From: an uncultured bacterium
GTDB lineage: Bacteria; Babelota; Babeliae; Babelales; Babelaceae
Assembly (NCBI GenBank): GCA_963722385.1
Contig: CAVRKK010000002.1
Coordinates: forward strand, 192,001 to 256,000
Length of the DNA: 64,000 nt
Direction of reading: 5' to 3'
Part shown: positions 59,102 to 64,000 of the stretch, one piece after another
Position numbering within the stretch: position 1 is the stretch's first letter
Layout of the letters: the number at the start of each line of letters is the position of its first letter
Program-made: the position numbers and the translations under genes
The notes under the pieces: model-generated
The model's input: only the letters and a program-made list of their open reading frames with translations
Told to the model about the DNA's origin: nothing
Databases searched by the model: none

Positions 59102-59376
59102 TGCACATTTTGCAAACGCCAACCTTCGCTAAGAAAGCAAAAAAGTTACATGAGAACCAAAAATTAGCACTTGATCAAGCAGTTTCAGAAATTTTGAGCG
59201 ATCCTGAGATCGGAGATGCGAAAAAAGGCGATTTGGGCAATATTCGAGTATATAAATTTACGATGCTTCATCAGCTCATTCTTTTGGCGTATGAATTTGA
59301 TGACGATGAGCAGATGGTAACGCTCTTAAGCTTCGGCCCTCATGAAAATTTTTATCGTGATTTAAAAAGTAAATAA
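59101..59376 (+). CDS. RelE/ParE-family toxin
   Basis: QTPTF, P.IG..KKGDL..IRVYKF, LLAY, GPHENFYRDLK. Confidence 0.9.
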   Translation: MHILQTPTFAKKAKKLHENQKLALDQAVSEILSDPEIGDAKKGDLGNIRVYKFTMLHQLILLAYEFDDDEQMVTLLSFGPHENFYRDLKSK

Positions 59377-59410
59377 GGCCCGGCGTTATAAGAAAATGAG
59401 CAGCTCTTTT

Positions 59411-60067
59411 TTACGCTGCTAAGCGATTGAGCTCTTGCAAAGCTTTGGCAGGATTGGGCGCATCAAAAATTGCTGAGGCAACCGTGAGGTCATTGGCGCC
59501 TTTTTTTACGAGTTCCTTAATAGTAGCATCATTAACGCCACCATCTATGCCAATAGAAAACTTTAACGAATGTTCTTCACGCAGAACGTAAAGCGTATCT
59601 AAGCGCTCATAAGTACTTGGTAAAAGCACTTGACCCCACATGCCTGGCTCAACCCCCATAAGCACAACCTGGTCGATATAATGCATAAAGTGCTTGACCA
59701 CTTCGAGGGGCGTTTTAGGATTGAGCGATAAACTAGCCTTTAATTTTCTTTCTTGTAAAGCATGGAATATACGCGTCAAATGATTATTTGACATATTTTC
59801 ATAATGTATCGTGACAATATCGTGTTCATGAAGAGCGAGATGGTCTAAGTATTTCTCAGGCTCTTCAACCAGTAAATGCACCCAAAGTGGCTTATGAGCA
59901 ACTTTCCTGATTGCGTCAATAAACCCTGGGCCCCAGGTCAAGTGCGGGGCGAAGCGAAAATCCATGACCTCGAGGTGAAAACCTGCGCAATGCGGTTCAA
60001 GCACTTCAATAGCGTGCGCTAAATTGACTAAGTCGGCAGAAATAAGTGATGGGAAGATTTTAGCCAT
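59411..60067 (-). CDS. rpe: Ribulose-phosphate 3-epimerase
   Basis: IFPSLISAD, HLEVMD.FAP.LTWG, VHL, LMGVEPG..GQ, IDGGVN. Confidence 0.92.
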   Translation of the reverse strand: MAKIFPSLISADLVNLAHAIEVLEPHCAGFHLEVMDFRFAPHLTWGPGFIDAIRKVAHKPLWVHLLVEEPEKYLDHLALHEHDIVTIHYENMSNNHLTRIFHALQERKLKASLSLNPKTPLEVVKHFMHYIDQVVLMGVEPGMWGQVLLPSTYERLDTLYVLREEHSLKFSIGIDGGVNDATIKELVKKGANDLTVASAIFDAPNPAKALQELNRLAA

Positions 60068-60269
60068 GATGCGGGCCCTCATTTTTTACGGATTTATACC
60101 TAATCTACCTGAATTACGGGTGTTGAGTGAAGAATCGAAAAAAAGTTGAGTCTTGCTCTATAAAAAATTGCACTTTTTAGGCATTCAAGTATATTAAAGG
60201 TGATGCGCCAATTAGCGCACTTCTTTTTTAGGTAAAACAACAATAATTTTTCTATTTGTGGGAGGACTT

Positions 60270-60560
60270 ATGTTTGAAAAATTCCGTCCACTCTACGACA
60301 GGGTACTGATTGAGCGTATCGAGACAGAAAATGAAAAAAGCGCTGGAGGGATTATCATCCCCGATGCTGCTAAAGAAAAAGCTCAAACAGGTAGGGTAAA
60401 AGCTGTCGGCTCAGGGCGGGTAACACCTGAAGGCAAGACAATACCTTGCCAGGTTCAGGTCGGTGATATGGTATTTTTTGGCAAATATGCAGGTACCGAA
60501 GCCGGTCACGACCTTTTGATTATTCGCGAAGATGAAATTCTTGGTGTTTTTGGCAAGTAA
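60270..60560 (+). CDS. groES: Co-chaperonin GroES
   Basis: PLYDRVLI, GGIIIPDAAKEK, KYAGTE, EDEIL; RBS GGAGG. Confidence 0.97.
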   Translation: MFEKFRPLYDRVLIERIETENEKSAGGIIIPDAAKEKAQTGRVKAVGSGRVTPEGKTIPCQVQVGDMVFFGKYAGTEAGHDLLIIREDEILGVFGK

Positions 60561-60583
60561 ATTCTATATAAGGATAAAAACAC

Positions 60584-62221
60584 ATGGCTAGTAAAAAGAT
60601 ATTATTCGGGCTTGAAGCTCGTCAAAAGCTGGGTGTTGGTGTTGACACGCTCGCAAACGCGGTAAAGGCAACGCTTGGACCGCGGGGACGTAATGTTGCT
60701 TTTGAAAGCAAGTTTGGCTCACCAAAAGTAACGAAGGATGGCGTGACGGTTGCCAAAGAGATTGAGCTTGCTGATCCTATTGAGAACATGGGGTCTCAGA
60801 TGGTACGTGAAGTTGCCAGTAAAACTGCCGACGTTGCGGGGGATGGAACAACGACCGCTACGGTATTTGCGCAAGCTATTTTCCGTGAGGGAAACAAGTA
60901 TGTGACCTCAGGCGCCAATCCTATGGACCTAAAACGCGGCATCGAAAAAGCAGTGAATGCTGCGGTCAATGATATTAAAGGGCGTGCCAAGAAGATTAGT
61001 GATAAAAAAGAGATTGAGCAAATCGCCACAATTTCGGCTAATTGGGACACTTTTATTGGCGAGCAAATTGCTCAAGCAATGGAGCGTGTTGGTCGTGACG
61101 GCGTTATCACGGTAGAAGAGGCAAAAGGGACGGAAAGTGAGCTCGACGTTGTTGAGGGAATGCAGTTCGATCGCGGCTATCTTTCACCATACTTTGTTAC
61201 CGACTCGGAAAAGATGGAAGCTGTCTTGAGCGAGCCGTACATTCTTATTTACGAAAAGAAAATCTCCAGCATGAAGAGCTTATTGCCTATTCTGGAGCAG
61301 GTTGCCAAAGCGGGGCGGCCTCTTTTAATTATTGCTGAAGATGTTGAAGGCGAGGCACTTGCTACGCTCGTTGTCAACAAATTACGTGGCATACTCAATG
61401 TGATTGCTGTCAAGGCGCCGGGGTTTGGCGATCGTCGCAAAGCTATGCTTGAGGACATTGCTATCCTGACCGGTGGCAAGATGATTTCCGAAGAGCTCGG
61501 CATTAAGCTTGATAATATCGGCGTTCAAGACCTTGGTCGTGCCAAGAAGGTACTTGTTACCAAGGACAATTGTACGGTTATCGACGGTTATGGTACCGAG
61601 TCTGCTATCAAGGGCCGTGTTCTGCAAATAAAGGCACAGATCGAAAATACGACATCTGATTACGATAAAGAAAAGCTCCAGGAGCGTTTAGCAAAGATTG
61701 CTGGCGGTATTGCGGTGATTAAGGTTGGCGCAACCACCGAGACAGAGATGAAAGAAAAGAAGGACCGCATAGACGACGCGTTGAGTGCTACGCGTGCCGC
61801 GATTGAAGAGGGCATCATTCCAGGTGGTGGCGTTGCTCCATTGCGCGCACAGGCCGCTGTTCAGGCGCTTAATTTAACCAAGGATGAAAAGCTTGGTGCT
61901 GATATCGTATATCGAGCACTTGAGGAGCCGATTCGTATTATTTCCTCAAATGCCGGTTTTGAAGCATCTGTAATCGTTGATGCTGTGCGTAAAGGTTCTG
62001 GCAATTACGGCTTTGACGCGAAGACAGGCGAGTACGTTGACATGGTCGCAGCAGGCATTATAGATCCTGCGAAAGTAGTGCGCAGCGCATTGCAAAATGC
62101 TGCCTCGATAGCCGGGCTTATGCTCACCACCGAGGTTGCGATTGCCGAGATACCAGAAGAGAAGAAGGCCGAAGCTGGCCATGGCCATGGGCCACGTGGC
62201 GGCATGCCGGACATGTACTAA
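60584..62221 (+). CDS. groEL: Chaperonin GroEL
   Basis: [45 protein letters not shown]. Confidence 0.99.
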   Translation: MASKKILFGLEARQKLGVGVDTLANAVKATLGPRGRNVAFESKFGSPKVTKDGVTVAKEIELADPIENMGSQMVREVASKTADVAGDGTTTATVFAQAIFREGNKYVTSGANPMDLKRGIEKAVNAAVNDIKGRAKKISDKKEIEQIATISANWDTFIGEQIAQAMERVGRDGVITVEEAKGTESELDVVEGMQFDRGYLSPYFVTDSEKMEAVLSEPYILIYEKKISSMKSLLPILEQVAKAGRPLLIIAEDVEGEALATLVVNKLRGILNVIAVKAPGFGDRRKAMLEDIAILTGGKMISEELGIKLDNIGVQDLGRAKKVLVTKDNCTVIDGYGTESAIKGRVLQIKAQIENTTSDYDKEKLQERLAKIAGGIAVIKVGATTETEMKEKKDRIDDALSATRAAIEEGIIPGGGVAPLRAQAAVQALNLTKDEKLGADIVYRALEEPIRIISSNAGFEASVIVDAVRKGSGNYGFDAKTGEYVDMVAAGIIDPAKVVRSALQNAASIAGLMLTTEVAIAEIPEEKKAEAGHGHGPRGGMPDMY

Positions 62222-62245
62222 GCAGTACATAGAATAAATAGACTA

Positions 62246-62590
62246 GAATAGAATAAAATCGCCTGCGCGGCTGGCGCCAAAGGGGGTTACCCCCTTTGGG
62301 ATCCCAAAGCGCTATGCTTATAGGCTTGGTGTGAGTAGTTATCGTACGCAAAAGCGTACGATAACTTACGCCATTATCATGTACCGCTACGCTCCATGAT
62401 AAGGATCAATATCGCTTTCTATCTTCCGTTAGGAAGATTGCAGGAGCTATAATCATGCGCCACGCATGTTATAGCATTCACGAGCAAAAAATAAAGACAA
62501 AGCATAGAGAGAAATAGAGATTAGGCAATGGGTGCAGGGCCGCCGCCCTGCCGCTCGACGCGGAGTCGCGCCCGCTGCGTAAGCGTCCCC
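62246..62590 (+). repeat. Multi-hairpin element, mosaic copy
   Basis: CGCCTGCGCGGC start, TCTTCC-GTTA-GGAAGA, GCTATAATCATGCG-CCA-CGCATGTTATAGC, ATGGGTGCAGGGCCGCCGCCCTGCCGCTC. Confidence 0.85.
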
Positions 62591-62593
62591 TTA

Positions 62594-63121
62594 TTAAGAA
62601 GGCTTAGGTACCCTCGCTATAACCTTCTTAAGCTGCTCCCATACTGCTTTAGAAGCACGGGCTAGTTGGCCCTCAGACTCCTCAGGATCAGTCGTGCAAA
62701 TATTATAGAACGAGGCCGGCGCCAACTTACGCACCAGCTTATCAGCCGGGCCCAGCACCCCCGTCATCGGCTCGGCAGCAGCACAACCCTCAAACATGAT
62801 CGACTTGATCTCTTTAACACCAAACATCTTCTCTGCCCGCGCCTTAAGAACCTCAAACTCCTCTTGACACGCCTTCCTAATACCATCACGCCAATCAGCA
62901 CAGTAATAAGGATGACAGCCAAACCGATAACAACTCGTAACCGCCTTGTTTTCAGGGTAAAAAGTCATATCCCTCACGGTACCATCCTGGTACGTAATCA
63001 TCGCGGTACATCCCGTCAACCGCCATGGATACCAACGACACAGAGAAAGCTGCGCCTGCGCACAAGTAAACACGCCCATCATCACCATGCCAACAATAAA
63101 TCGTATAACAGCCTGCTTCAT
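62594..63121 (-). CDS. Exported cysteine-containing hypothetical protein
   Basis: RBS GAGGG with ATG 63121 (MKQAVIRFIVGMVMMGVFTCAQA). Confidence 0.7.
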   Translation of the reverse strand: MKQAVIRFIVGMVMMGVFTCAQAQLSLCRWYPWRLTGCTAMITYQDGTVRDMTFYPENKAVTSCYRFGCHPYYCADWRDGIRKACQEEFEVLKARAEKMFGVKEIKSIMFEGCAAAEPMTGVLGPADKLVRKLAPASFYNICTTDPEESEGQLARASKAVWEQLKKVIARVPKPS

Positions 63122-63219
63122 ATCATCCCTCATAAGTAAAAGCTTCATGTACAGAATAAATAAAATAAGAGACAAATAGCAATGATATTTCTTGCGCTGG
63201 CACAATAACAGTTCTGTTA

Positions 63220-64000
63220 TTATATAATTTTGTCGTGAATAAGCATCTTATGCGCTACTTTCTCAAACAAGAGTGAGGCCGTTGAGGCCGCGGTAGCATC
63301 TTTTTTATCCGTCTCTTTAATAAAAGTGACGATAATCCGCTTATAGGCACCCTTCTCAATAAGCCCTACGAAGGTAAAAATATTGTGACTCGGTTGATAA
63401 ACGCCATTGATCAACAGGTTAGCCGTTCCTGTTTTGCCAAACACGTTATAGCCATTGATTCTTGCCCGATGGGCTGTTCCGTGAGTAACGGTTTTTCTCA
63501 GCATGTCACGTATTGTTTCGATGGTATCAGCTTTATAGAGCCTTGGCGACAGCTGGCAAGGAGCTGAGAGCAACAGACGCGGTGTTACCAAAGACCCGTC
63601 ATTGGCGACAATCGAAAAAGCTCGAGCAAGCTGGAGCAGCGTAGCGCGAATCTCATAGCCAAAAGACAGCGAAAACTTGCTCAGTTTGGACCACTTGGTC
63701 GGATGATTTACAAAACCACGCTGCTCGCCCGCAAAATTAAGCCCCGTCTTACTGCCAAAGCCACAACGCTTATAATGTTGGTATATACGCGCGCCCAACC
63801 GCGGCGCAATTTTGGACGTACCAATATTATTGGAAAGCTCGATAACCCGAGAAAATGTAAGAAGCCCGTGGGGCTTCAACGTATTTACCTTAAACCCGTC
63901 AATATACGTGGACATGGTATTTTCACAATCAATCATCTCTTCGGGGCACACAACAGCTTCCTCAATCGCCGCAAGGGCAAGGAAAACTTTGATTACCGAG
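63220..64000 (-). CDS. Class B penicillin-binding protein (FtsI-like) transpeptidase domain, 5'-truncated by the window edge
   Basis: Frame is open to the window end; SVIK (SxxK), SNN (SxN), SFGYE, KTGTA. Confidence 0.9.
   Translation of the reverse strand, partial: SVIKVFLALAAIEEAVVCPEEMIDCENTMSTYIDGFKVNTLKPHGLLTFSRVIELSNNIGTSKIAPRLGARIYQHYKRCGFGSKTGLNFAGEQRGFVNHPTKWSKLSKFSLSFGYEIRATLLQLARAFSIVANDGSLVTPRLLLSAPCQLSPRLYKADTIETIRDMLRKTVTHGTAHRARINGYNVFGKTGTANLLINGVYQPSHNIFTFVGLIEKGAYKRIIVTFIKETDKKDATAASTASLLFEKVAHKMLIHDKII

Noticed and set aside
60160..60270. CIRCE operator upstream of groES
   Set aside because: No TTAGCACTC-N9-GAGTGCTAA. Only a plausible promoter (TTGCAC...TATATT) and a short GTGATGCGC/GCGCAC pairing are visible.
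1..64000. tRNA, rRNA or prophage
   Set aside because: No cloverleaf or rRNA signature seen in the intergenic gaps, and no phage structural, integrase or terminase genes. A tRNAscan/Infernal run would be needed to exclude small RNAs.

Overview
Bacterial chromosome segment. Core genes (metG, rpiB, a lolC/E-type permease, tsaB, ruvX, murE, rpe, groES-groEL, a partial ftsI-like PBP) are interleaved with many orphan proteins that carry Sec-type signal peptides, plus ankyrin, beta-propeller, kinase-like and M48 proteins. This pattern suggests a protist-infecting intracellular bacterium such as Candidatus Dependentiae/Babeliae; that assignment is inference, not verified. I found no rRNA, tRNA or CRISPR array. 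Four signals stand out. (1) Three unrelated signal-peptide proteins end exactly in eukaryotic ER-retrieval motifs (KDEL, KDEL, HTEL), and other exported or membrane proteins have dileucine- or dilysine-like tails. Together these may be a set of effectors addressed to the host secretory pathway. (2) A family of about 170-410 bp intergenic multi-hairpin elements occurs in four copies, with compensatory base changes and inverted terminal motifs. (3) An IS982-type element keeps its ends and a 6-bp target duplication, but its transposase is replaced by a beta-propeller cargo gene. (4) A stand-alone TnpB omega-RNA-like scaffold with a predicted promoter lies directly upstream of a kinase-like gene, and a truncated tnpB with its own scaffold lies elsewhere. 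An apparently intact ISAs1 element and two type II toxin-antitoxin modules are also present.
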